Shown: one piece after another, positions 1 to 9,450 of the stretch
How positions within the stretch are numbered: position 1 is the stretch's first letter
Layout: each line of letters begins with the position of its first letter
DNA from: a virus
Reading direction: 5' to 3' (one strand)
Length of the DNA: 64,000 bases
IMG/VR virus record: IMGVR_UViG_3300049846_002076
Location: 1-64,000 of that record
Notes under the pieces: generated by a model
Database searches by the model: none
What the model was told of the DNA's origin: nothing
Seen by the model: the letters and a program-made list of their open reading frames with translations, nothing else
Position numbers and translations under genes: made by a program

Positions 1-186
1 ATCTTCGGATTCCTCCGGTTCGGGGTTGATGTGGGGAAGCTCATGCACCTGTTTCCAGGGCGACTTGTGGGCTCCGATCGAGCCCTCGTGCAGCCACAGA
101 GTCCCATCGTCAGCCAACGCGATCATGGCCCCGTTGTGGGCATTGACCTGCACGTTGACGAAGCGACGCGGTGTTCCTTTTTTCAT
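1..186 (-). CDS. Hypothetical protein, runs off window edge (MKKGTPRRFVNVQVNAHNGAMIALADDGTLW...)
   Basis: ATG overlaps the dnaE stop (ATGA); frame open to position 1. Confidence 0.6.
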   Translation of the reverse strand, partial: MKKGTPRRFVNVQVNAHNGAMIALADDGTLWLHEGSIGAHKSPWKQVHELPHINPEPEESED

Positions 187-3100
187 GGCATGAGACTCGC
201 GACCTGTTCGCAGACCTGTTGCAGAATGACCGCCTTCTTGTCGTCGAACAGGACTTGCAGCGGGTTGATCCCGATCACGATCGAGGCGTCGAGGTCGGGG
301 TTGTAGACCACCTTCCCGGCGAAGTCATTCATGGATCCCTTGATCGACGGAAGCAGGTGGCGCATGGTGTTCGACCCAAGCACCAGGATCACCGGGGGCT
401 TGAGAATCTCGATCTCCTTCGCAAGATACGGAGAGCACCCGAGAATCTGCTCGTTCGAGATGCCTTTGCCGATCTTCGGGGACTTGATCAGGGAAGTATA
501 GTAACCGTCGTTCGGCGTGAGCCCCGCTTCCTTCAAGGCTTCTTTGAGGAACAGGGCACCGTCGCCTTCCAGCATCTTGCCCGCCCGCTCTTCCTGGTAG
601 GTGGGGGCGTCGAAGATCGCCATGAACTTCGGGGTGTGTCCGAGCCTGGGCATGACGTGAACGCCGCCCTTGAGGCTGCACTTGTCACAGGTGCGCGTCT
701 GCCCGATCGTCTCCAGCAGCTTGAGGGTGACGGCACGCTCTGTCGGGATTCCCCGGGACGCCTTGACGCTCTCGACGGTGTAGCCGGGCATCAGCTCGAG
801 GCGATCCTTGAGACGAGTCGGGTCGAGAGGGGGCTTGCCACCGAGAACCGTGTAGAAGGCGCCCACCTTGTCGAGCTTCTCCCGATGCGCCGAGTTCACC
901 ACGGCCCGGGGCAGTCCCGCGGCCTTCTGCGCTTCGCCTTCGAGTTGCTTGGGAAGGTCGGTGAAGGTGCCGCCCACGAATTCTCGGGTCTTGACGATCG
1001 CGTTGGCGACGTTCTCGCTGATCCCCTTGATCGCCTGAAAGGGAGCGAGAAGCTCCTTGTCCGAACGGATCACGATGCGTTCGAGGGAGCCATTGACGTC
1101 GGGCGGCAGCACGTTGATGCCCTTGTTGCGGGCGTCCATGACGAGCGGCGCGAGACGGTCGTTGTCGTCCTGAATGGACATGCTGGCCGCGTAGAACTCG
1201 GCAGGGTAGTGAACCTTCACCCACATGGTCAGGAACGAAATCAGCGAATACTCGACGGAGTGCGAGAGGTTGAAGGCGTAGCCCGCGAACACTTCGATCT
1301 TGTCCCACAGCGCGGTTGCCTGATGCTCGGGCATCGAGGAAATCGCCTCGCAGCCCTTGACGAATTTCTCCCGCATCTCCTTCATCTTGTCGGCGTCTTT
1401 CTTGCCCATCGCTTTCCGCAGATGGTCGGCTTCTGCCATCGTGAAGCCGGCGACGTCCCGGGCGATCTGCATCACCTGTTCCTGGTAGACGATCACGCCG
1501 AAGGTCTTCTTGAGGGCGGGCTCCATGTTCGGGTGCTCATACCATGGAGACTTCGCGCCCTGCTTGATCTGGACGTATTCGTCGCACAGACCCGCATCGA
1601 GAGGGCCGGGGCGAAACAGGGCGACAACCGCCACGAGGTCGTCGAAGGTCAGGGCGCCACCGAGGGCAAGATCCTTCAGGAGTTTCCGCATCCCGCTCGA
1701 CTCGAACTGGAAGACCCCGGTCGTGTCGGCGTGAGCGAAGGCGTCAAGCACCTTCGGGTCGGTCAGATCGACCGTCAGGTAGTCGATGTCCTTCCCATGG
1801 CGATCCTTGATGTAGTCGCGGGCGCGGGCCAGCATGTCCAGCGTCGTCAGGCCCAGAATGTCGATCTTGATGAGGCCCCAGTCCTCGACATACTTCTTGT
1901 CCCAGTTGGCGACCCGACCCTTGGCCCGCGTCTCGACGACGGCGCGGTTCGAGACCGGCTGGTCGGCGATGATCACGCCCGCGGCGTGCTGTCCCAGGCC
2001 GCGCATGCAGCCCTCCAGACGCAAGGCGTGATCCCAGATCACCGGACGCTCGTTCTTGAATTTCTCGATGTCCGGCACCTTCGCTGCGCTTTCCTCGAGC
2101 CCGAGGGAGACGCCGTGCTCTTTCTCCATCAGCTTCGAGCAGGAGTATTCGTAGGGCGCCATCCCATGAATGCGGGCAACGTCCCGAATCGACGATGCGG
2201 CACCCATGGTGGTGAAGTTGGAAATGCCCGCGACCTGTTCCTCACCGAACTGTTCGATGATATGGTCAATGACCTCGTGCCGACGGGCGGACATGAAGTC
2301 GAGGTCGGCGTCAGGCAAGTCGATACGCTCCGGGTTGATGAAGCGCTCGAACAGGAGGTCGAAGCGAATGGGGTCGACGTCCGTGATCCCGATCAGGTAA
2401 GCCACAAGCGACCCACCCACTGAACCCCGGCCCGGCCCGACGATGATGCCTTGGGACTTCGACCAGTTGACGATCTGCCGCACGAGCAGGAAGTAGCCCG
2501 AGAAGCCCATCTTCTTGAGGACGTCCAGCTCGTATTTGAGACGCTCGACGTAGACCGGCAGTTTCTCCTTCGGGGGCTGGTAGGCGAGAATGGGCTTGAG
2601 CAGACGCTCCTTGAATCCTGCGGTGCAGAGATCCTTGAGCGCTGCCCACTCCCCGTCCTTACCGCCGGCGGCCATCATCGGCAGCGCCAGGGGCATCTTC
2701 TTGAATTCGTAGGTGCAGAGGTCAGCCACCTTCCCCATGCTCTTGATCGCTTCCGCGATCTTCACGACCGTATCGGGAGGGTTGAGTCCGGGATGGTGGG
2801 CCTGCAGACGCTTCGACAGGGCGACCGCATCTTCGGCGATCTCCACACCCTTACGCATGTGGAACCCCCTGAACCAGTGCTTCGGGAGCCAGGGGGCGCT
2901 GATGTCCGCGTTCTGCTGGATCGCTCCGCGCACGTCGAGACTCTTCGCGTCCTCGGGGTTTGCATAGAGGAAGGGGTGCCCGATGATCGTCGGCAGGTTC
3001 ATGTATGCCGCAAGGTCGATGGCCCGGGCATTCATTGTGTCCCACAGGGGCGTGTTGATCGGCACGATCTCCACGAGCACATCCAGGTGCAGCCCCCGCC

Positions 3101-3566
3101 ATTCCTCGATCTTCTCCCGGTAGTCGGGGTGCGAGAAGACCGACTGGAAGTCTCCAGTCGTGATCACGCAGCCCTGAAGGCCCTTCACGTCGTCCCAGGA
3201 CACCCGGGCGTTGTAGTAGAAGCGCTCGGGGGTATTGGCGTTCGACAGCACCCGGATCAGGTTCTTGAGCCCGTCCTCGTTCATCACGAACGCCTTGATA
3301 CGAACCTCGCGGTTCTCGACCGCGTCCTTGACCTTCTCGGTCGGCTTGTCGTAGACCCGCAGAGTCACACCGACGATCGGCTTGATCCCCGCCTTCTTGC
3401 ACTGGTTGGTGAACTCGACCATGCCCGAGATTGTCATGGTGTCCGCGAGGGCGAGGGACTCGTAGCCGAGCTCCTTCGCCTTCGCGATCATGGGCTTCAT
3501 CTGCAGGATCGACTCCCCGAGTGAGAAGTCGCTGCGAACACCGATGGAATGGGCAAATGCGGTCAT
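183..3566 (-). CDS. dnaE: DNA polymerase III alpha subunit with C-terminal uracil-DNA-glycosylase-like domain
   Basis: PHP-like N-terminus; GPGRGSVGGSLVAY, LLFERFINPER, PDADLDF, HAAGV, KIDILGL, RPGP and YAFNLSHS motifs; C-terminal CDKC...CSPYLAKEIEILKPPVILVLG is UDG family-4-like. Confidence 0.95.
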   Translation of the reverse strand: MTAFAHSIGVRSDFSLGESILQMKPMIAKAKELGYESLALADTMTISGMVEFTNQCKKAGIKPIVGVTLRVYDKPTEKVKDAVENREVRIKAFVMNEDGLKNLIRVLSNANTPERFYYNARVSWDDVKGLQGCVITTGDFQSVFSHPDYREKIEEWRGLHLDVLVEIVPINTPLWDTMNARAIDLAAYMNLPTIIGHPFLYANPEDAKSLDVRGAIQQNADISAPWLPKHWFRGFHMRKGVEIAEDAVALSKRLQAHHPGLNPPDTVVKIAEAIKSMGKVADLCTYEFKKMPLALPMMAAGGKDGEWAALKDLCTAGFKERLLKPILAYQPPKEKLPVYVERLKYELDVLKKMGFSGYFLLVRQIVNWSKSQGIIVGPGRGSVGGSLVAYLIGITDVDPIRFDLLFERFINPERIDLPDADLDFMSARRHEVIDHIIEQFGEEQVAGISNFTTMGAASSIRDVARIHGMAPYEYSCSKLMEKEHGVSLGLEESAAKVPDIEKFKNERPVIWDHALRLEGCMRGLGQHAAGVIIADQPVSNRAVVETRAKGRVANWDKKYVEDWGLIKIDILGLTTLDMLARARDYIKDRHGKDIDYLTVDLTDPKVLDAFAHADTTGVFQFESSGMRKLLKDLALGGALTFDDLVAVVALFRPGPLDAGLCDEYVQIKQGAKSPWYEHPNMEPALKKTFGVIVYQEQVMQIARDVAGFTMAEADHLRKAMGKKDADKMKEMREKFVKGCEAISSMPEHQATALWDKIEVFAGYAFNLSHSVEYSLISFLTMWVKVHYPAEFYAASMSIQDDNDRLAPLVMDARNKGINVLPPDVNGSLERIVIRSDKELLAPFQAIKGISENVANAIVKTREFVGGTFTDLPKQLEGEAQKAAGLPRAVVNSAHREKLDKVGAFYTVLGGKPPLDPTRLKDRLELMPGYTVESVKASRGIPTERAVTLKLLETIGQTRTCDKCSLKGGVHVMPRLGHTPKFMAIFDAPTYQEERAGKMLEGDGALFLKEALKEAGLTPNDGYYTSLIKSPKIGKGISNEQILGCSPYLAKEIEILKPPVILVLGSNTMRHLLPSIKGSMNDFAGKVVYNPDLDASIVIGINPLQVLFDDKKAVILQQVCEQVASLMP

Positions 3567-3599
3567 GCGTTCACTTTACGGGCGCGGGGTTGGCAAGTC

Positions 3600-4205
3600 T
3601 CAGGCAGCTTTCTTCTGGGCGACGCTCTTGGGAACCTCGTCGTCCTTGATCGTCTTCTTGAAGCCGACGTTGGCTGCGGTGTGGAAGACCACGATGCCCT
3701 CGGGGTTCATGAAACCGGGAGCAGCACGACTTCCACTTGCTTCCAGCCGCAGCAGGGCCGTGTTCACGTGGATCGTGTCGAAGTCGCCACGATAGAGCAC
3801 CGGCACGACCGAGCAGCACGCCGGCCGCAGGGCTTCGTCCTTCCCACCTTCGCCCCACCGATGGACGTTGAAGAGCGAGAACCGGCGTTCGGACAGACCG
3901 TAGTTGCGCTGGATCCCCTTGCCCCACCACTCGCCGAAGTGGTGCCCTTCCCCGAGACTCGCCAGGGCTTCGGCATTTTCCTTGACCCACAGCGCGAAGG
4001 CGAAGTTGTCGTCGCCCGGCTTGATGATGCGGGTGCGGCTCTGGGCATAGAGCGCGAAGCCGTCCACGACCGCTGTGACACTCTCCAGCGGAGCTTCGTT
4101 GCCGAGCGCTTCGATAACGACCGCGGCATTGGTGCCGTCGATCTTCTCGGTGATGATCACTTCCCGGGAAAGCCGGGGCATCTTGGGAAATTCGCGGAAT
4201 TCCAT
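3600..4205 (-). CDS. RNA ligase family protein (Rnl2-like nucleotidyltransferase domain)
   Basis: Motif I TEKIDGTN, FGEWWG, FSLFNV, VVPVLYRG, EGIVV. Confidence 0.8.
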   Translation of the reverse strand: MEFREFPKMPRLSREVIITEKIDGTNAAVVIEALGNEAPLESVTAVVDGFALYAQSRTRIIKPGDDNFAFALWVKENAEALASLGEGHHFGEWWGKGIQRNYGLSERRFSLFNVHRWGEGGKDEALRPACCSVVPVLYRGDFDTIHVNTALLRLEASGSRAAPGFMNPEGIVVFHTAANVGFKKTIKDDEVPKSVAQKKAA

Positions 4206-4216
4206 GTCTACTCCCT

Positions 4217-4237
4217 CGTCAGTAATGATTGATTATA
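4217..4237 (-). promoter_or_regulatory. Operator-like palindrome CGTCA-GTAA-TGATT just downstream of a TATAAT -10 box
   Basis: 8/10 match to AGTCA-N4-TGACT at 4217-4230; minus-strand TATAAT at 4237-4232; upstream of RNA ligase. Confidence 0.7.
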
Positions 4238-4243
4238 GCGAAG

Positions 4244-4540
4244 TCAGAAGGTGCCCACACCTTCGCCTGTAGACGGTTTGTCGCTTGGCGGCGGCAGCGG
4301 CGGCGACCGCCAAATCGCTATCAGGATGTGTGAGTAGTTGTCGTTCTTGCTGTGCGACGTCACGAGTCCGGGCTGTGACATCGGATTTGCGATGTTCTCG
4401 GTCTTGTAGATCGAATTCGGAACGACCTTCGTCTCCACCAGTTCCCATTCTTGATGCGCCGCACTCGGCGGAACAAGAAGCGGCCCGCTCGAGTTGCCTG
4501 ACAAGTGCATCGAGGTATAGGCATACGTGAATTGGGTCAT
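4244..4540 (-). CDS. Hypothetical protein
   Basis: ATGA-coupled to upstream ORF. Confidence 0.55.
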   Translation of the reverse strand: MTQFTYAYTSMHLSGNSSGPLLVPPSAAHQEWELVETKVVPNSIYKTENIANPMSQPGLVTSHSKNDNYSHILIAIWRSPPLPPPSDKPSTGEGVGTF

Positions 4541-5181
4541 TTGCCACCCTTGAACATGAGAGTGTGTCCGTCGTCGTCAACCACCCCGAACTCCACGAGA
4601 ATGCGACTGACGACAGCCACCCTGGCAGCGGCAGTCCCGTCGCTCCACTTGAAGCGCTCCATGTAGAGCACCTTGAGCTCCGACTTTCCGACCATCCCGG
4701 TCGAGAGCAGGCGCTCGACCGCGGAGTGCAGGTAGGGCATCGCGTCGACCGGGAAGGGGTTTTGGGCCGACTTGAGGGCGTCCCTGATTTCCCGGAACCT
4801 TCCCCGCTTGAGCATCGGGCGCATCCGGTCGCCTACCTTCTTGGGCAGGGCGTCGAGAAAGGCTTCTTCCTCTTCGAGGAGCTCTCGACGCACGATGGGG
4901 TCGTGCGTCCGGGTGGGCGGGCGCACCGTAAGCTGCACACTCGCCTCGGGCAGGGGGTAAGGGTCAGACCCAACCTCGCCCGCAGGAATCACTGCCGCCC
5001 TTCTAAGCTCGCTTTCGAGGTATTCCGCGAGGTCGTTCAGGGGTTCGGTTCGCGCATACGCCCGCACTTTGGCAAGGGACACGACACCGCATTCCTTGAA
5101 GTCGACGCACCCACGACACCAGGCGTCAGGCTTCGGGTTGAACGAAGTCGGGGAACCGAAGCAGCGGAGCTTGGGCATCAA
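4537..5181 (-). CDS. Hypothetical protein with N-terminal Cys cluster (CFG...CRGC...C), possible Zn-binding/DNA-binding
   Basis: Four Cys in the first 32 aa; coupled to neighbours. Confidence 0.7.
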   Translation of the reverse strand: MMPKLRCFGSPTSFNPKPDAWCRGCVDFKECGVVSLAKVRAYARTEPLNDLAEYLESELRRAAVIPAGEVGSDPYPLPEASVQLTVRPPTRTHDPIVRRELLEEEEAFLDALPKKVGDRMRPMLKRGRFREIRDALKSAQNPFPVDAMPYLHSAVERLLSTGMVGKSELKVLYMERFKWSDGTAAARVAVVSRILVEFGVVDDDGHTLMFKGGK

Positions 5182-5852
5182 CGAAACTTGGCCGCATTGA
5201 GTGAGGGAATGTCGACCCGGAACTTGCGGTCGATTTGGTTACGCAGCGCGAGCGCCTCTTTCGGGGTGAAGTTGAGGCTCTTGCAGATGAAGTCGATCCC
5301 GAGACGAGTGGGCGCCTGATGCCCCTGCGCCCGCAGAGCTTCCTGGTGCTCGGCGAATTTCTTGAGCAACTCGGGGGACGGGCCATGCACCAGGATCGCG
5401 ATCACCTGCCTGAACCGTGGGGGCATGGCAGCGATGCGACTCGCCATGACCTTCTGCACTTGCCGGCGCTCGAGCACTTCCGGGGGCGCGTCGCATTCGC
5501 TGGCGATGAAGTCGAAGGCGCTGCGAACCTCGCCATGTTCGTCTTCGATCATGCCCTGCACTGAGGTCGCCGAGACCACCCGACGTTGCCGTTCCATCTT
5601 GTCGGCCCAACGGTTGAATTCGTGGAAGCAGGCGGTGTGCATGTAGGTGCTGAATTTCGCGCCCTTGGTGGCGTCGAACCGGCTCACGCAGGTGCAGTAG
5701 ACCTCGGTGAAGAACGAGACGAGATCCTCGTAGCTTGTGGTCGGGTCGATCGCCTGTGCCCGGGTGAGCGCCTTGCTGGCGATCTGCATCACCAGGCGCT
5801 CGTGTTGCTTCCAGTGCTCGACAGGGCTTACCGCAGGGACGCTCATGTCCAT
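5178..5852 (-). CDS. Sigma70 region-2-like protein
   Basis: LVMQIA...YEDLV...RFDATKGAKFSTY resembles sigma regions 2.1-2.3 (FDP.KG.KFSTY). Confidence 0.7.
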   Translation of the reverse strand: MDMSVPAVSPVEHWKQHERLVMQIASKALTRAQAIDPTTSYEDLVSFFTEVYCTCVSRFDATKGAKFSTYMHTACFHEFNRWADKMERQRRVVSATSVQGMIEDEHGEVRSAFDFIASECDAPPEVLERRQVQKVMASRIAAMPPRFRQVIAILVHGPSPELLKKFAEHQEALRAQGHQAPTRLGIDFICKSLNFTPKEALALRNQIDRKFRVDIPSLNAAKFR

Positions 5853-5853
5853 G

Positions 5854-7050
5854 TCAGACTCCCGTTCCGAAGATGCGCTGTGCGACAGCGACCACCGCCT
5901 CCCGATCGACCTTGCCGAGACGATTGATGAAGGCGAGATTCAGGCCCATGAGGTAGCTGCCGCGCTTCATCCCGATCGACGCGGCGCGAATCAGGGCACG
6001 CGGCGACACGGTCGTGCTGATCGTGCCTTTGTCGAAGGTCTCGCGGACGCGGTTCGCGAAGTCCACGAGCTTCTCAGCGTCCTTGCGAGAGGTCTTCGCC
6101 TGGTTCATGACGACGAGCGTTTCCAGCTCGGGCTTCATGTAGCGGACTTGCACCGTGATCCCGAAGCGGTCGTAGTTGGCCGCGTTCTGGAGCTGAGTGC
6201 CCTGATAGAGGCCGGTCTCGTCCCCGGAACCGTTCGTGTTCCCGGTCGCGCAGAACCGGAAGTTGGGGTGCGGCTTCACGACCCGCATTTCGGGCGGGGC
6301 GTCCTTGATGAAGAGCGCGTTGCCTTCGAGAACCGGCTGGTAGACCGCCAGCACCGAGGGCAGGGCGAAGTCGTATTCGTCGGCGATGTAGACCCACCCG
6401 TGAAGCATCGCCAGGGCGAGCGGCCCGTATTGAAACACGGTCTCGCCCTTCTTCACGATCCACTGCCCGATCACGTGCGCCTCTTCGGTGTTGATCGTGT
6501 GCTGGATGCGAATCGCGGGACGCTGCGTCCGGGCGCAAATCTGGAGCAGCGTGGTGGTCTTGCCCGTGCCAGCGTGACCCCAGGCGAGCACTGGCACGTT
6601 CATTTCGATCCCCATGACGAGGTTCTTGAGGAGCTCGACGTCATAGACGTGATTCGGATCGACCGCGGGCACCAGATCCTTGTCGGCCGGCGTGATGTAG
6701 TGGGCCGGCGTCAGCACCTCCACCGGGATCGGCCCGCCCTTCGCGTTGAGGGCGGCAGCGACGCTGCCGAGGTCGAAAAGCTCGTGGAACGGCTTTGTCA
6801 CCTTGCTCACGACACCTCCGACGACGTGCAACGGGGCGGGGGCAGCCGACATTTCGGTCGTCGGGCTGGCACCCTCACGCTGCTTGCGCTGTTCCTCGAG
6901 CTTCGACTTTGCCAGCTCGGAGAGGATCGGAGCGTCGGGATACTTGCTCTGATATTCCTCGAGCGTAACCTCGGGGTGGCTGTCGCGCAGGTGAATCTGG
7001 ATCGAATGCACCTGCGCGTTGCACAGTTGGCAGCGAATCTTTTCCGTCAC
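5854..7050 (-). CDS. MoxR/CobS-like AAA+ ATPase with N-terminal zinc finger
   Basis: Walker A GHAGTGKTT, Walker B YIADEYD, HPNFRFCATGNT, DRF; N-terminal CQLC...H...H. Confidence 0.88.
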   Translation of the reverse strand: MTEKIRCQLCNAQVHSIQIHLRDSHPEVTLEEYQSKYPDAPILSELAKSKLEEQRKQREGASPTTEMSAAPAPLHVVGGVVSKVTKPFHELFDLGSVAAALNAKGGPIPVEVLTPAHYITPADKDLVPAVDPNHVYDVELLKNLVMGIEMNVPVLAWGHAGTGKTTTLLQICARTQRPAIRIQHTINTEEAHVIGQWIVKKGETVFQYGPLALAMLHGWVYIADEYDFALPSVLAVYQPVLEGNALFIKDAPPEMRVVKPHPNFRFCATGNTNGSGDETGLYQGTQLQNAANYDRFGITVQVRYMKPELETLVVMNQAKTSRKDAEKLVDFANRVRETFDKGTISTTVSPRALIRAASIGMKRGSYLMGLNLAFINRLGKVDREAVVAVAQRIFGTGV

Positions 7051-7070
7051 GTGGAAGTCCCCTCTAAAAA

Positions 7071-7123
7071 TGTCAGTGCTGATTGTTGAATCATAGCGTA
7101 GCGAACTTGGCGGGTCGAGTCAA
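7071..7123 (-). promoter_or_regulatory. Sigma70-type promoter TTGACT-17-TACGCT with downstream operator TGTCA-GTGC-TGATT
   Basis: -35 at 7123-7118, -10 at 7100-7095, palindrome at 7071-7084. Confidence 0.7.
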
Positions 7124-7131
7124 TGCTTGGA

Positions 7132-9375
7132 TCAGCAGTGCGCGTCCGGCATCAGCATCGCCTTCAGCCGACGCAGCACTTCGCCCGGGAGATCCTCGAC
7201 GTTACTGAGGATCACATGCTTCTTGTAGAAACGCTTGACCGAGTCGTCCTGAATCCCGATTCCGACGACGTTGGTGCCGCTGCGTTCGATCTCCTTCACG
7301 ACCGATTTCAGGTGGTGTTCCAGGGCGTGCATGTCTCCTGCAGCAGCCGGGCGACCGTCAGACAGCACGATCATGATCTTCCGCGACTCGCGACGCCGGA
7401 TCAGTCGGGAATACGCCATGAGAACGCTCTCCCCGTCCACGTTCGACTGCAGAAGTCCGTGGGCGAAGTGAGCCAGGGTCGCGAAGCGCTCCCGAACGAT
7501 CGGGGTGAGCCTCTCGTCGAACTCCTTGAGAATGGGCATCACGATCGCCTCATGACGAGAGTAAGAGCCGACCTTCTTGATGTCCTCATGCAGACGCTTC
7601 GCAGCTTCGCCCGGGAAGCCTTTGGTGCTGAAGGCGACGACCTCGTTCACGATCTGCAGGCGGTCGAGAACGCTCGACAGGGCGTATGCCGCGTAGGACG
7701 CAATGTCGATCTTTCCATACATCGAGCCCGAGGCGTCGACGACCAGCTCGACCGCGACGTCCTTGGTGCGGTTTTCCTGCTTGCGACGAAACAGGTCGTC
7801 CCGGCCCGCGGTGATGCGGTGCAGCGAGGGGCCGTGCAGCTTCCCACTGCGAAAGCCGCTGGTGTAGACCGCCGCAGAGCGGGCGGCGACCGCCCGCTCG
7901 ATGTCCTTCTGCATCGGCCCGACCATGTGGTCGACCTTGTCCGTCATGTTCTTGAGCGCCCGCTGGCACTCGTAGTCGGTCGCGAAGTCATCCTTCACTG
8001 CCAGGGTCTTGATCACGTCGTAATCCGTCGACCAGACCTTATAGGGCGTATCCTTCATTTCCGACTCGGCCTCTTTCCCGATCACTCGGGCTGCCATGTC
8101 GTCGAAGTCTTCCTTGATGCGTTCGATCGCTCCGAGCATTTGCTCGGCACTGGTGTCTTTTTCCTGGGCGACACCCGAGTCAGCGTCCCCGGGCGCTCCG
8201 GTGAAATCGTCGGTGTGGTGCGTGTCCTGCTCGAAGACTTCCGGCGGAGAGTCGTCGTCCATCTCCTGATCGTTCTTCTTCGCCGCGGGCTTGCTCGACT
8301 TACCCGACTCACCCTTTTCCGCACCTTCGTCCTTCTCGCCGTCAGCACCGTCGCCGTCGCTGCCGGCCTCACCCGCTTCTTCGCCTTCTTCGCCCTCTTC
8401 GCTCGAGCCAGGGCTTTCGCCCTCGTCCGTGCCGCTCTCACCTTCGTCTTCGGCGTCGCCTTCAGCCCCCTTCTCGCTACCGTCGCCGCCCTTTTCTTCC
8501 TTCTCGTCTTTGCCTTCCTTCTCCTCTTTCTCGCCCTTCGACTTGCCTTTCTCTTCCTTCTCGCTCTCTTTGTCGCCTTCTTCCTCGCTGTCTGTCTCGG
8601 GCGAACCCTTGCCCGACTCGCCCTTCTTCTTGTCCTTCTTCTCCTCGCTTCCCTTCTTGGACTTCGAGGACGACTCGCCCTTTTCGCCCTTCTCGGAGTC
8701 GGGGGTAGGGCAAGACGAAGCTGCCGACTTGAGGCGCTTCATGAATTCTTCGGCGACGTTGACTGAATCCTTCGTGGATTCGATTGCGTTCAGGAGCTTC
8801 GGGAAGTCGGGGCCGAGGGCAGCGATCACGCCGGCCATCGGGGCACCGTATTCCTTCATGAAGTCGCGAAACAACGCCTGGTCTGCCATCGCCCGAAACA
8901 TCGGCATCAGCAGAATTTCCATCATGCGGTTGTTGTCGCCCTTCGCCCGGGCTTCCTCGATCGCGGGCCTAAGATGCTTCTCGATCAGGAAAGAGAGAAC
9001 CGAGGACAGGTTCGCAGCGGTTCCGGTGAAGCGCTCCCGCATCTTGCGCTCGACGTAGGTGTCCTCGACGATGTTGACGAGCGTCTGGAACTTGCGGTCG
9101 CCCCGGGCACACACGACATTGAGGTCGGTGAAGTCAGAAAAGAGCAAGTGACCGACTTCGTGATCCAGAAAGCCCTGCGTCGCCTCGATCAGGGCGTCGG
9201 TGGCGTCGTCGGGCAGGTAGGGAATGTTGACCTGGATGGGCTTGGCAGTCACCGGGTCGTGACGCACATAAGCAGTCACCCCTTGTTGAGTGACGCGGAT
9301 CTTGCGAATCGCCAGCATTTCGACAATCTTCGAGATCGCCTGTCTGACGATGATCACCCGCGGATTGATGTTCAA
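7132..9375 (-). CDS. CobT-like protein: N-terminal HExxH domain, acidic linker, C-terminal vWA
   Basis: DHEVGH, long E/K/G-rich linker, MIDAS DASGSM, DGES, VLSDGRP, VVGIGI. Confidence 0.88.
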   Translation of the reverse strand: MNINPRVIIVRQAISKIVEMLAIRKIRVTQQGVTAYVRHDPVTAKPIQVNIPYLPDDATDALIEATQGFLDHEVGHLLFSDFTDLNVVCARGDRKFQTLVNIVEDTYVERKMRERFTGTAANLSSVLSFLIEKHLRPAIEEARAKGDNNRMMEILLMPMFRAMADQALFRDFMKEYGAPMAGVIAALGPDFPKLLNAIESTKDSVNVAEEFMKRLKSAASSCPTPDSEKGEKGESSSKSKKGSEEKKDKKKGESGKGSPETDSEEEGDKESEKEEKGKSKGEKEEKEGKDEKEEKGGDGSEKGAEGDAEDEGESGTDEGESPGSSEEGEEGEEAGEAGSDGDGADGEKDEGAEKGESGKSSKPAAKKNDQEMDDDSPPEVFEQDTHHTDDFTGAPGDADSGVAQEKDTSAEQMLGAIERIKEDFDDMAARVIGKEAESEMKDTPYKVWSTDYDVIKTLAVKDDFATDYECQRALKNMTDKVDHMVGPMQKDIERAVAARSAAVYTSGFRSGKLHGPSLHRITAGRDDLFRRKQENRTKDVAVELVVDASGSMYGKIDIASYAAYALSSVLDRLQIVNEVVAFSTKGFPGEAAKRLHEDIKKVGSYSRHEAIVMPILKEFDERLTPIVRERFATLAHFAHGLLQSNVDGESVLMAYSRLIRRRESRKIMIVLSDGRPAAAGDMHALEHHLKSVVKEIERSGTNVVGIGIQDDSVKRFYKKHVILSNVEDLPGEVLRRLKAMLMPDAHC

Positions 9376-9406
9376 GTCCTGCTCCCGTTGAATTGTGCAA
9401 TGCTAG

Positions 9407-9440
9407 AATGATGCACCGTCACAGTTGGCGGTGCATCATT
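9407..9440. repeat. 15-bp inverted repeat (hairpin) upstream of the CobT-like gene
   Basis: aatgatgcaccgtca-cagt-tggcggtgcatcatt, one mismatch. Confidence 0.7.
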
Positions 9441-9450
9441 CCTTGTTCGG

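Noticed and set aside
171-2423. Long plus-strand ORFs (also 7123..8766, 20134..22833, 43204..45843, 50157..54662)
   Set aside because: Antisense shadows of real minus-strand genes caused by high-GC codon bias; no recognisable motifs
183-3566. Intein in DnaE (also checked DnaB and TerL)
   Set aside because: Conserved motifs are contiguous, lengths are normal, and no splice-junction motifs are seen
8270-8710. Pyrimidine-rich low-complexity tract as a non-coding element
   Set aside because: It encodes the E/K/G-rich linker of the CobT-like protein
5854-9375. Cobalamin biosynthesis auxiliary genes
   Set aside because: No cobN or other cob genes; a generic MoxR-vWA pair is the better reading
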